In this document: piece after piece, positions 27,201 through 36,384 of the stretch
Position numbering within the stretch: the first letter of the stretch is position 1
How the letters are laid out: each line of letters begins with the position of its first letter
Translations under genes and position numbers: made by a program
Assembly: GCA_964358315.1 (NCBI GenBank)
Contig: CAYHOF010000002.1
Location: 10,738 to 74,737 of the forward strand
Source of the DNA: an uncultured Methanosarcinales archaeon
GTDB lineage: Archaea > Nanobdellota > Nanobdellia > Woesearchaeales > ARS49
Direction of reading: 5' to 3'
DNA: 64,000 nt
Notes under the pieces: model-generated
What the model was told of the DNA's origin: nothing
Databases searched by the model: none
What the model saw: the letters and a program-made list of their open reading frames with translations, nothing else

Positions 27201-27663
27201 TTGGACAGGCACACTGGAAACAGTCAAGACCATTGGAGCACTTCTTGCCTTCGTTGTGCTTTTCTTCCAGTTAAGAGACTACTGGAAAAACCGAGTGGAC
27301 GTGATAATTCTTGTCAAACAACGAACGTTTGAAACTTACAACATGAAGGGATTTGATTCTGAACCGACTACGCGACTCATGATCGAAGCAGACATACGTA
27401 ACATTGGATTACAACCAACAACAATTGCTGAAGTAAAAATGTACTCCAAGGAAAAATCTTTAGACAATAAAAGACTCGATGTCAATGGCCACCAACAAGG
27501 AATTAGATTAGAGCCGAACGACAGAAGAATGGTGACTCTTAGCTATTCTTGGAGTCATGAAATGCCAAACAGTCTAAAGAAAATAGGCGTGAGGCTGCTA
27601 TTCAAAACAACTCACGAAAACAAGAAGAAAACTCTCAAATTAAAAAGAGATATAATATCTTAG
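27190..27663 (+). CDS. Hypothetical protein (157 aa, one N-terminal TM helix) encoded in a sharply low-GC (about 38%) segment.
   Basis: It has AT-rich codons, in contrast to the flanking genes at about 62% GC. It overlaps the hef stop by 11 nt. Confidence 0.5.
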   Translation: MAIDWTGTLETVKTIGALLAFVVLFFQLRDYWKNRVDVIILVKQRTFETYNMKGFDSEPTTRLMIEADIRNIGLQPTTIAEVKMYSKEKSLDNKRLDVNGHQQGIRLEPNDRRMVTLSYSWSHEMPNSLKKIGVRLLFKTTHENKKKTLKLKRDIIS

Positions 27664-28511
27664 AACGTCATCTTCTTCAGTCGGCTGATGCGTTCCTGCA
27701 TGGGCGGGTGCGTGCTGAGCAATGACTGAATCCCGTGGAGCGTGAAGGGGTTGACGATGAACATGCTCGACGTGGCGGGATTGCCGCGCATGGGATTGTG
27801 GCGTACGCCGTTCTCGATTTTATGTAACGCGTCGGCGAGCGAGTGGCCGTCCTTGATGAATGACGCGCCGCTCTGGTCGGCGAGGTATTCGCGGCTGCGT
27901 GAGATGGCCATCTGCAGCAGGAGCGCGATGATGGGCGTGATGATGCCGATGGCGAGGAGCGAGAGGATGTTCCCGCCGTCGCGGTCATCGCTGCCACCGC
28001 CGAAGAGCGCGCCAAAGCGTGCCATCATGGCGACGTAGGAGATGACGGCGGCCATGACGCTTGCGATCGTGGTGATGAGGATGTCGCGGTTCTTGATGTG
28101 TGCCATCTCGTGCGCGATGACGCCGCGCAATTCCTTCTCGGAGAGCAGCGCAAGGATACCTTCCGTGCATGCCACGACGCCGTTTTTCGGGTTACGGCCT
28201 GTCGCGAACGCGTTGGGCGTGGCATTGGGAACGATGTAGACCTTGGGGGTTGGTATGCCGGCGCTCGACGCGACGTCGCTGACGATGGCGTGGAGCCGTG
28301 CGTACTGTTTTTTGTCCGCTTCTTTGGCGCCGTACATGAACAGCACGATCTTCGCGGAGAAGAAGTAGGTGATGACGTTCATGAGCAGCGCGAACACGAG
28401 CGCGATGGTGAGGCCGGTCGAGCCGCCAAAGAATTGTCCGACGACAAGAGCAAGACCGGTGAGCAGGCCAAGCAGCAGTAATGTCTTGATATGATTCTCG
28501 ATCATGGACAA
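27660..28511 (-). CDS. htpX: Zinc metalloprotease HtpX (peptidase M48).
   Basis: It has HEMAHIKNRD and TM segments. Confidence 0.85.
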   Translation of the reverse strand: MSMIENHIKTLLLLGLLTGLALVVGQFFGGSTGLTIALVFALLMNVITYFFSAKIVLFMYGAKEADKKQYARLHAIVSDVASSAGIPTPKVYIVPNATPNAFATGRNPKNGVVACTEGILALLSEKELRGVIAHEMAHIKNRDILITTIASVMAAVISYVAMMARFGALFGGGSDDRDGGNILSLLAIGIITPIIALLLQMAISRSREYLADQSGASFIKDGHSLADALHKIENGVRHNPMRGNPATSSMFIVNPFTLHGIQSLLSTHPPMQERISRLKKMTF

Positions 28512-28531
28512 ACGAGTGTGAAAATGCGTTT

Positions 28532-28885
28532 TTATGCTTTGCGCATCACAAATGTGGAAAGCCCTTCGATGTGCCGCACGGGCGTCGTGAAGAGGAACTC
28601 ACGGAACGTGTTGTCCACGTGCACGCCATGGCGCATGAGGTGCGTGGCGAGTTCGTGGTAGAGCTTGCGGCCTTCCTCGTCGAGGTCGGTGAGCACCATG
28701 CAGTCCTTCGTGAGCGCGGCGACGCGCTCCACCACCTCGAAGAGCGCGCCTTCAAGAGGGATGACGTTCATGATCCCAAGGTCGGCAAGGGAACGCACGT
28801 CCTTCTTGCCTTCGACGATGATGAGTCCTTTGTACTGGCGCAAGCGTTCGAGGTGCGCCTGCAGTTCTTTCTCGTCTACTCTCAT
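28532..28885 (-). CDS. Small Toprim-domain protein (COG1658-like, RNase M5-like fold).
   Basis: The catalytic Toprim residues are present in LIIVEGKKD and VLTDLDEEG. The start is taken at ATG 28885..28883, with a TATA about 25 nt upstream. The longer TTG-start ORF is discounted. Confidence 0.6.
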   Translation of the reverse strand: MRVDEKELQAHLERLRQYKGLIIVEGKKDVRSLADLGIMNVIPLEGALFEVVERVAALTKDCMVLTDLDEEGRKLYHELATHLMRHGVHVDNTFREFLFTTPVRHIEGLSTFVMRKA

Positions 28886-28908
28886 CCACCTGACACCTCC
28901 GCACAAGC

Positions 28909-28916
28909 TATTTAAA
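28909..28916. promoter_or_regulatory. Palindromic TATA element (TATTTAAA) placed to drive both the Toprim gene on the minus strand and the primase gene on the plus strand.
   Basis: It lies 24-31 nt from the minus-strand start at 28885 and 34 nt from the plus-strand ATG at 28950. Confidence 0.45.
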
Positions 28917-28949
28917 GTTACGCGCAACACCATTTCTCGACGGGGGAAT

Positions 28950-30353
28950 ATGGTCATCCACATCAGCACATTGCTCAAGCACTACAAGCGTCCGGAAGTG
29001 CAGCGCGCGCTGGTCGACGCCTCGCAAGACAGGGAAGTGGGCGTGTTCTACGCAGGGAACAACACCTACGGCAAGCGTCCGGACGTGCTCAATTATCCGC
29101 GCGACGTCATGGAGTTCGTGACTAAAGGCGCGACGAGTTTCCACATCAGCGAGGAGCGCTGGAGCAATCCGCTTGGCATCGTGACTGGCGCGTCCCGTCG
29201 GGACCAGGACGACCTGCGCATCGGCTGGGACTTGATCATCGACATCGACTGTCCGTGGCTCGACTACAGCAAGGTCGCTGCGCACGTGATCGCGCAGAAA
29301 TTCCGCAGCATGGGGATCGGTTGTTTCACGATGAAGTTCTCAGGTAACCATGGCTTCCACATCGCAATACCATTCGAGGCGTTTCCTCCGACAGCGACGG
29401 TCGAGGGCAAGGAGCGTGACGTCAAGGACCTCTTCCCCGAGGGACCAAGAAAGATCGCGGCATACCTGCAAGATGAGATCCGCACACCGCTTGGCAGATT
29501 GCTCGTCGAGAAGTTCACGCTCGATGGCATCAAGAACACGACGGGAAAGACGCACGTCGAGCTTGTCAAGCAAGGACCGAAGGGCCCGTACGTCGATCCG
29601 TTCTCGCTGCTCGCCATCGACACTGTGCTCATCGCGTCACGCCATCTCGTGCGCGCGCCCTACAGCATGCACGACAAATCCGGCCTTGTGAGCATCCCGA
29701 TCGACCCGGACACGGTCATCGATTTTGACAAGAAGACGGCCGCGCCGGACGTGATAACGTTCGAGAGGAAATTCCTTGACAGATCGCGCGCGAAACCCAA
29801 TGAAGCACGTCTGATCTTCGACAACGCGTTCGCGCACAAGCTTCCTTCATCACCGTTGCGTGTGCTCAACGAGGACATCGAGAAGGCGATGAAACACCAA
29901 GAGGACACGATACCGACGGAGGCGCTCGCAGAAAGCATGTTCCCGCCCTGTATGCACAACATCAAGAAAGGCCTCAAGGATGGCAAGAAGCGCGCCATGT
30001 TCGCCGCCGTGAATTTTCTCGTGCTCGCAGGCTGGGAGTATGACAAGATCGAGGAATGGCTGCTGCAGTGGAACAAGAACAACCAGGAGGCGTTGCGCGA
30101 GGTGCACATCAAGGGCCACATCCGGTATCACAAGGCGAACAAGAAGAAAATGCCGCCGCCACGCTGCCGGCAGTACTATAAGGACCTCGGCGTGTGCCAA
30201 CCAGACAGCCTCTGTGACCGCATCAAGAACCCGATCCAGTACGCCAAGCGACGGGCGTTCATGGCCAGCATGGACCAGAAGCCGAAAAGGAAGAAGTCCA
30301 CCGACGAGAACGTGAAAGGCGAAGTGGAGATAGGGACGATGAAAGGCGACTAG
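28950..30353 (+). CDS. priS: DNA primase: a catalytic small subunit PriS fused to the Fe-S C-terminal domain of the large subunit (PriL-CTD).
   Basis: The PriS motifs are LIIDIDCPW and FSGNHGFHI. The C-terminal roughly 130 aa have the PriL-CTD signature FPPCM...LAGW...PPPRCRQYY...GVC...SLCDRIKNPIQY. The start is taken at ATG 28950, in frame with ORF 28665. Confidence 0.8.
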   Translation: MVIHISTLLKHYKRPEVQRALVDASQDREVGVFYAGNNTYGKRPDVLNYPRDVMEFVTKGATSFHISEERWSNPLGIVTGASRRDQDDLRIGWDLIIDIDCPWLDYSKVAAHVIAQKFRSMGIGCFTMKFSGNHGFHIAIPFEAFPPTATVEGKERDVKDLFPEGPRKIAAYLQDEIRTPLGRLLVEKFTLDGIKNTTGKTHVELVKQGPKGPYVDPFSLLAIDTVLIASRHLVRAPYSMHDKSGLVSIPIDPDTVIDFDKKTAAPDVITFERKFLDRSRAKPNEARLIFDNAFAHKLPSSPLRVLNEDIEKAMKHQEDTIPTEALAESMFPPCMHNIKKGLKDGKKRAMFAAVNFLVLAGWEYDKIEEWLLQWNKNNQEALREVHIKGHIRYHKANKKKMPPPRCRQYYKDLGVCQPDSLCDRIKNPIQYAKRRAFMASMDQKPKRKKSTDENVKGEVEIGTMKGD

Positions 30354-30436
30354 GGAATATATTTTATATAGAAATTATCAAACTCCTCGTGAATAGGCGT
30401 GTTATTCCCGTCATGTGATGCCTGCCACAACAAGAT

Positions 30437-30444
30437 TTATAAAG
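30437..30444 (+). promoter_or_regulatory. TATA box (TTTATAAA) of the r-protein operon, about 175 nt upstream of the uL3 start codon.
   Basis: A second TATA-like element lies at 30362-30370. This implies a long 5' leader. Confidence 0.4.
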
Positions 30445-30621
30445 GGGCGGCTTTCTCCTCGAAAGTATCGGTACGTATCGACGATATGTGCCTCAAATAC
30501 GCGACAAGCCTGAGAAGGGACATTCTCAGTACAGTCTGTTTAATCACATTCTGTTTCTACGAAAACGTCCCGCGAAAGGCAGACTTGCACTGGCCGAGCC
30601 CACCATAACGGGCAAACCAAT

Positions 30622-31590
30622 ATGCCAACAAGACGAAACCCACGAAAATCGAGTATGCAGTTCTGGCATAGGCGCCGCTCTCCTCGCATGACCGCAAGGA
30701 TCCGCACGTGGGTCGGCACCAAAGACGCGAAACTCCTGGGTTTCTGCGGCTACAAGGTCGGCATGACCCACATCATCCAGATTGACAACCGTTCCACATC
30801 GCTTTCTAAGGGCGAAGAAATCGCCACTCCTGTGACAATCATCGAAACCCCGCCTATGAGAATCATCGGCTTCAAAACGCTCAAGAACACGTACGGCGGC
30901 AAACAAGTCGCGCAGTTCAAGTGGGTCGACAAGACCGAGAAATACCTCGCACGCGCCATCAACGTGCCAAAGCAAGCAAAAGCAGTCGATATCAACGCGC
31001 AAGGCGTCGTCGCCGTGCGCGTGCTCGTCCAGACCCAGCCACACCTCATCAATCTCAAGAAAACCCCTGACATCGTCGAACTCGGCGTCGGCGGCACCGT
31101 CGAGCAGCAGCTCGCCTACGCGAACAGCATGCTCGGCAAGGAAATCAAGCCGACCGACGTGTTCGTCGAAGGCCAACAAGTCGACGCGCACAGCGTCACC
31201 AAAGGCCACGGCCTGCAAGGTCCTGTCGCACGTCACGGCATCATGATCCGCTCGCACAAGGCAGAGAAGACCAAGCGTGGTCCTGCAACGCTCGGTCCGT
31301 GGGACGGCAACCGTTCCTACCGTGTCGCCCACCAGGGCCAGACCGGCTTCCACCGCCGCACCGAGCTCAACAAGTGGATCGTCAAGATCGAAGCAAAACC
31401 TGAGGAAGTCAACCCCAAGGGCGGCTTTGTCCACTACGGCAACGCGAACGTCGCGTGCATGATGCTCAAGGGCAGCATCGGCGGCGCAAGCAAACGACTT
31501 ATCACACTCACACACGCGCACAGACCGCGCGCGAACATCCCGAACAAGGCACCGGAGGTCACGCATATCAGCGTGGCATCAAAACAATGA
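30622..31590 (+). CDS. rpl3: Ribosomal protein uL3.
   Basis: Diagnostic L3 sequence. Confidence 0.9.
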   Translation: MPTRRNPRKSSMQFWHRRRSPRMTARIRTWVGTKDAKLLGFCGYKVGMTHIIQIDNRSTSLSKGEEIATPVTIIETPPMRIIGFKTLKNTYGGKQVAQFKWVDKTEKYLARAINVPKQAKAVDINAQGVVAVRVLVQTQPHLINLKKTPDIVELGVGGTVEQQLAYANSMLGKEIKPTDVFVEGQQVDAHSVTKGHGLQGPVARHGIMIRSHKAEKTKRGPATLGPWDGNRSYRVAHQGQTGFHRRTELNKWIVKIEAKPEEVNPKGGFVHYGNANVACMMLKGSIGGASKRLITLTHAHRPRANIPNKAPEVTHISVASKQ

Positions 31591-32393
31591 ACCTCAAGAT
31601 CATGACGATGGCAAAGACGGAGAAAGGCACCAAGAAGATGCCAGTCCAGTTCGACGAGCCAGTGCGCGTCGACCTCATCCGCCGCGCGGTCGAATCCGTC
31701 TTGTGCAACATGCGCCAGGCATACGGCGCAGACCCCATGGCAGGCAAGCGCCAGGCCGCTAAGATCTCGCGCCGACGCCGCGACTACAAAGGCGCGTACG
31801 GCCAAGGTATCTCCCGTGTCCCGCGGAAGATCATGAGCCGCAACGGCACGCAGATGAACTGGCAGGGCGCATTCGCGCCAGGTACGAAGGGCGGTCGTCG
31901 CGCGCACCCGGCAAAGGCAGAACGCACGCTCTCCAAGGGCATCAATATCAAGGAACGACGCAAGGCGATCCGCAGCGCGCTCGCAGCCACGCTCGACAAG
32001 GATGTCGTGACGTTGCGCGGCCACAAGATCCCGGCAAGTTATCCATTCATCATCGATGCCGATTTCGAGAACCTCGACAAAACCGTCAAGGTCATCGAAG
32101 CACTCACGACGCTGGAACTCGGCGCCGACCTCGAACGCGCCGGCATCCGCAACATCCGCGCAGGCAAGGGCAAGAACCGAGGCCGCCCCTACAAGGGACG
32201 CAAGGGTCCGCTCATCGTCGTCTCGAAATCCTGCCCCCTCGCGAAGGCGGCAAGCAACATCCCGGGCGTGGATGTCGTCGAGGTCAGCAGGCTCAACGCC
32301 GCGCTCCTCGCGCCAGGCACGCACGCAGGACGCCTCACACTCTACACTGAAGCAGCGATCGAGCGCATGGACAAGGAGGGACTGTTCCGATGA
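31587..32393 (+). CDS. rpl4: Ribosomal protein uL4.
   Basis: L4 pattern. The ATG overlaps the uL3 stop (ATGA). Confidence 0.85.
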   Translation: MNLKIMTMAKTEKGTKKMPVQFDEPVRVDLIRRAVESVLCNMRQAYGADPMAGKRQAAKISRRRRDYKGAYGQGISRVPRKIMSRNGTQMNWQGAFAPGTKGGRRAHPAKAERTLSKGINIKERRKAIRSALAATLDKDVVTLRGHKIPASYPFIIDADFENLDKTVKVIEALTTLELGADLERAGIRNIRAGKGKNRGRPYKGRKGPLIVVSKSCPLAKAASNIPGVDVVEVSRLNAALLAPGTHAGRLTLYTEAAIERMDKEGLFR

Positions 32394-32641
32394 ACGTCAT
32401 CCACTTCCCTGTCTCGACGGAAAAGGCGCTGCGCATGATGGAAAGCGAGAACAAGCTCGTCTTCCAGGTAGATGATCGCGCGACCAAGCAGGACATCCGC
32501 ATCGCGATCGAGAAAGAACTCAAGGCAAAGGTCGTGTCCGTCAACGTCGTGCGCACCATCAGGGGCCACAAGCGCGCCTACGTGCGCTTCGCGCCCGAGA
32601 CGCCCGCGATCGACATCGCGACCAACCTGGGGTTGATGTAG
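32390..32641 (+). CDS. rpl23: Ribosomal protein uL23.
   Basis: L23 pattern. Confidence 0.85.
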   Translation: MNVIHFPVSTEKALRMMESENKLVFQVDDRATKQDIRIAIEKELKAKVVSVNVVRTIRGHKRAYVRFAPETPAIDIATNLGLM

Positions 32642-32642
32642 T

Positions 32643-33359
32643 ATGGGTAAATCCCTCATCCAACAGGCACGTGGCAAAGGTGGCCCGCGTTATCGCGCGC
32701 CTAGCTTCCGCTACGAAGGCGAAGCCAAGCATCGCACAATCATCACTGGCACGATGGAAGCCAGAATCATCGACTTCGTCAAATGTCAAGGCCACCTCGC
32801 ACCGCTCGCCAAGCTCAAGTACGACGACGGCGTCGAATCGCTTATCCAGGCAGCCGAAGGTTTGCGTGTCGGCGACAAAGTCACCTACGGTCCGGGCGCT
32901 GATGTGAAAGCAAGCGGCAACACACTCGCGCTCAAAGACATCCCTGACGGCGCTGCCATCTTCAACATCGAAAGCCAGCCGGGCGATGGCGGCAAGTTCT
33001 GCCGCACGAGCGGCACGTTCGCGAAGATCGTCGGTCGCACAGAAGACGGCGTCAACATCATCCTGCCAAGCAAAGTGGAGAGGCTCTTCAACATCAACTG
33101 CCGCGCGATCATCGGTGTCGTCGCAGGATCGGGCCGCACCGAAAAACCGTTCCTCAAGGCAGGCAACATGCACTATCACATGAAGGCGCGCAACAAGCGC
33201 TATCCAAGCATCAGGGCAGCGGCGCAGAACGCCGTCGACCACCCCTACGGTAACAAGCGTACGTCGAGAAAGGCCAAGAACAAGCCTGTCGGCCACGACG
33301 CTCCGCCAGGCAGGAAGGTCGGTACGCTCTGGTCACGCAGGACGGGGAGGAAGAAGTAA
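32643..33359 (+). CDS. rpl2: Ribosomal protein uL2.
   Basis: L2 pattern (GGGKF...HHM). Confidence 0.9.
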   Translation: MGKSLIQQARGKGGPRYRAPSFRYEGEAKHRTIITGTMEARIIDFVKCQGHLAPLAKLKYDDGVESLIQAAEGLRVGDKVTYGPGADVKASGNTLALKDIPDGAAIFNIESQPGDGGKFCRTSGTFAKIVGRTEDGVNIILPSKVERLFNINCRAIIGVVAGSGRTEKPFLKAGNMHYHMKARNKRYPSIRAAAQNAVDHPYGNKRTSRKAKNKPVGHDAPPGRKVGTLWSRRTGRKK

Positions 33360-33429
33360 GATGACGATCACAAACAACGTTTTGGTCGAGCTTTTCGCGC
33401 AGGCGAAAAGGTCGGGAGCGCAGAAGTAA

Positions 33430-33810
33430 ATGGCAAAGGAATTCGTCTGGTACGGGCTGACGTGGGACAAGGTCGAGAAGCTCAGCATGGACGAGTTCGC
33501 GACCTACCTCCCGGCGCGTGCGCGACGCACGCTCAAGCGCGGGATGCGCGAGCCCGAGAAGAAACTGCTCAAGGAAGTCGAGCTTGGCGCACCCAACATC
33601 AAGACCCACTGCAGGGACATGATCATCACGCCTGTGTTCGCAGGCAAGCAGATCAAGATCCACAACGGCAAGGAATTCTTCCTTGTCATGATCGAGAAGG
33701 ACATGATCGGCCACCGGCTCGGCGAGTTCTCGCAGACGCGCAAGCGTGTCGAGCACAGCGCACCCGGTATCGGCGCGACGCGCAGTTCAGCGTCGATGAG
33801 CGTGAAGTAA
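33430..33810 (+). CDS. rps19: Ribosomal protein uS19.
   Basis: S19 pattern. Confidence 0.9.
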   Translation: MAKEFVWYGLTWDKVEKLSMDEFATYLPARARRTLKRGMREPEKKLLKEVELGAPNIKTHCRDMIITPVFAGKQIKIHNGKEFFLVMIEKDMIGHRLGEFSQTRKRVEHSAPGIGATRSSASMSVK

Positions 33811-33812
33811 AC

Positions 33813-34295
33813 ATGACAGAGTACGGCTACGGATACAAGGCAGGACAGAACGAGGCCAAGGCGGTCGGCGTGGGCCTGCCCATATCCTACAAGCACGGCA
33901 GCGAAGTGGCCAGGTTCATCCGCGGGATGAAGGTCAGCAGGGCCAAGACCGTGCTCGACAACGTCATGCGCTTCAAGGAAGCAGTGCCCTACACGCGCTA
34001 CTTTGAGGAGATCGCCCACCAGAAGAACGTGGGCCCTGGGCGCTTCCCTATCAAGACGTGCAAGAACATCCTTGCCATCCTCGAGAGCGCCGAGGCAAAC
34101 GCGCAGTTCAAGGGGCTCAACACAGGCAACCTCATCATCAAGCATATCGCAGCGCAAGGCGGCGGCAAGGTACACCACTACGGTCGCAACGGCCGCAAAG
34201 CCAAACGCGCGCACATCGAGATCGTCCTCGCGGAATCCGCGCAAACGGCGAAACCCACCAAGAAGGAGGGCAGCAAAGCTGCACCCAAGAAATGA
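33813..34295 (+). CDS. rpl22: Ribosomal protein uL22.
   Basis: L22 pattern. The start is an internal ATG, in frame with ORF 33462. Confidence 0.85.
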   Translation: MTEYGYGYKAGQNEAKAVGVGLPISYKHGSEVARFIRGMKVSRAKTVLDNVMRFKEAVPYTRYFEEIAHQKNVGPGRFPIKTCKNILAILESAEANAQFKGLNTGNLIIKHIAAQGGGKVHHYGRNGRKAKRAHIEIVLAESAQTAKPTKKEGSKAAPKK

Positions 34296-35110
34296 TCGAG
34301 AGGAAATTCGTCAAGGAACAAGTACGCGGCCTTCTCCTCGAGGAGTTCGTCAGCGAGACGCTCAAGAACGTGGGCCTCAGCCACGTCAAGATGTCGCGCA
34401 CGCCGCTCGGCGAGAAGATCACCATCTTCGCCTCGCGCCCCGGCCTCGTGGTCGGACGCAAGGGCGAGAACATCAAGAAGCTCACGCAGACGCTCAAGAA
34501 GAAGTTCGAGCTCGAGAACCCGCAGATCGAGATCGCGGAAGTGTCCGACCCGAACCTGGACGCGCGCATCGTCGGTGAACGCATCGCGAGCACGATCGAA
34601 CGCTTCGGCATCCAGAAGTTCAAGGCCGTGGGCCACAAGACCATGACAGATGTCATGCACTCTGGCGCGCTCGGTGTCCAGATCACGATTTCGGGCAAGA
34701 TCCCGGGCGCACGTGCGAAGACGTGGCGCTTCTACAACGGCTACCTCAAGAAGAGCGGCCAGATCGCCATGGATGGCGTGCGGCACGCGAGCACGGTGGC
34801 CAACATGAAATCCGGCTGCATCGGCATCCAGGTATGGATCATGCCGGCCGACGTGCACCGCCCTGACGACATCCACGTCATCATGGAGCACACGGCGCCT
34901 GCCGTCGTGGCAAAGACAGAGGAGCCCAAGAAGGAAGAGAAGAAGAAGCGCGCGCCCCGCAAGAAAGCGGCCAAGAAACAACGGGAAGAGACATCCCACG
35001 CTCAAGGAAGCGATGCTTCCGTTGAAAAGACCGAAGAAAGCGTCGAAGCCGCCGAAACGGCACCCGTGGAAGCGAAAGAAGAGACCAAGGAGGAGACCGA
35101 TGAAGCGTAA
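34292..35110 (+). CDS. rps3: Ribosomal protein uS3, which carries a KH domain and a Lys/Glu-rich tail.
   Basis: S3 pattern. The start is an ATGA overlap. Confidence 0.9.
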   Translation: MIERKFVKEQVRGLLLEEFVSETLKNVGLSHVKMSRTPLGEKITIFASRPGLVVGRKGENIKKLTQTLKKKFELENPQIEIAEVSDPNLDARIVGERIASTIERFGIQKFKAVGHKTMTDVMHSGALGVQITISGKIPGARAKTWRFYNGYLKKSGQIAMDGVRHASTVANMKSGCIGIQVWIMPADVHRPDDIHVIMEHTAPAVVAKTEEPKKEEKKKRAPRKKAAKKQREETSHAQGSDASVEKTEESVEAAETAPVEAKEETKEETDEA

Positions 35111-35300
35111 GGACGTGCTCGGTCTCGCGCCCGCGGAGAGGGCAGGCAAGCTTGCCGAGCTGCGCTCCGAGCTCATGAAGTTACGATCACAAGCGTCGAC
35201 GGGCACTGCCCAGAAGGCGTCGGGCCGCATCCGTGCGGCACGGCGCGCGATCGCGAGGATACTGACACTACAACGACAAGGAGGGACGAACAAGGAATGA
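35100..35300 (+). CDS. rpl29: Ribosomal protein uL29.
   Basis: L29 pattern (MKRKDV...LRSELMKLR). Confidence 0.8.
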   Translation: MKRKDVLGLAPAERAGKLAELRSELMKLRSQASTGTAQKASGRIRAARRAIARILTLQRQGGTNKE

Positions 35301-35608
35301 GTGACGTGTGCGAAACGTGTGGCCTGCCCGAGGAACTCTGCGTGTGCGAAAGCATAGCGAAAGAGAGCCAGAAGATCGAGATCAGGACCACCGAAAAGAA
35401 ATTCCACAAGAGCTACACTGTCATCAGCGGCATCGACCCAAAGGAAGTCGACATCAAGGACTTGGCCAAGACCCTCAAGAACAAATTGGCGTGCGGGGGC
35501 ACGGTCAAGGACAATGTCATCGAACTCCAAGGCAACCACCTCAAGGATGCGAAGGGCATCCTGGTCGCGGCGGGGTTCGCTCCCGAAATGATCATCGTCA
35601 AAGGATAA
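35297..35608 (+). CDS. Translation initiation factor SUI1 (aIF1).
   Basis: SUI1 pattern (IRTTEKKFHKSYTVISGI...LACGGTV). Confidence 0.85.
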   Translation: MSDVCETCGLPEELCVCESIAKESQKIEIRTTEKKFHKSYTVISGIDPKEVDIKDLAKTLKNKLACGGTVKDNVIELQGNHLKDAKGILVAAGFAPEMIIVKG

Positions 35609-35610
35609 CC

Positions 35611-35976
35611 ATGGCAACTGAAAAAACAATCGGAACACGCGGACGCGAATTCGTCGGCACTGTCGTCAATGCGAAGATGCAGAAGACGGTCACGGTCGAA
35701 TGGCCACGACAGGTATTCATCCCAAAGTTCGAGAGGTTCCTCACCAAGCGCACGCGCGTCAAGGCCCATAACCCGGCAGAGATCGACGCGAAGGTAGGCG
35801 ACCGTGTGCGGATCCAGGAGTGCAGGCCGATCAGCAAGACCAAGTCATTCAAGATCATGGAGAAGCTCGGTGTCGACTTCAAGTACGTCGCACGCGAGGA
35901 GCACCTCAAGGAAGGCGTCGTCGCGCGCGCCGAGAAAGCACGCGAACACCCCAAGGGAGAGGTCAAGGAAGCATGA
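35611..35976 (+). CDS. rps17: Ribosomal protein uS17.
   Basis: S17 pattern. No rpp29 ORF lies between sui1 and rps17. Confidence 0.85.
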   Translation: MATEKTIGTRGREFVGTVVNAKMQKTVTVEWPRQVFIPKFERFLTKRTRVKAHNPAEIDAKVGDRVRIQECRPISKTKSFKIMEKLGVDFKYVAREEHLKEGVVARAEKAREHPKGEVKEA

Positions 35977-36374
35977 AGGCAGTCACGAGCCGCATGACGC
36001 GGGCACTCAACCACGGGACGTGGGTCGAGACCTGTGACAACAGCGGCGCCAAGATCCTCAAGATCATGACGGTCAACCGTCACAAGACGGTCAAGGGACG
36101 CGTGCCGCAGGCCGCGGTCGCCGACCTCGTCATGTGCTCGGTCAAGAGCGGCAAGCCCGACATGCGTAAGCAGGTCGTGTACGCCATCATCGTCCGGCAG
36201 AAGAAGGCGTGGCGCCGCAAGGACGGCACGCGCATCTGTTTCGAGGACAACGCGGCTGTCGTCGTCAAGGACAAGGACGGCAACCCCAAGGGCACGGTCA
36301 TCAAGGGACCGATCGCGAAGGAAGTGGCGGACCGATGGCCGCTGCTCGCAAAGAACGCATCATTGATAGTATGA
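35973..36374 (+). CDS. rpl14: Ribosomal protein uL14.
   Basis: L14 pattern. The start is an ATGA overlap. Confidence 0.9.
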   Translation: MKAVTSRMTRALNHGTWVETCDNSGAKILKIMTVNRHKTVKGRVPQAAVADLVMCSVKSGKPDMRKQVVYAIIVRQKKAWRRKDGTRICFEDNAAVVVKDKDGNPKGTVIKGPIAKEVADRWPLLAKNASLIV

Positions 36375-36384
36375 TACCAATACC

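Noticed and set aside
28665-28949. The upstream extension of the primase ORF (28665..28949).
   Set aside because: It overlaps the Toprim gene on the opposite strand and the shared promoter. The PriS homology begins at the ATG at 28950.
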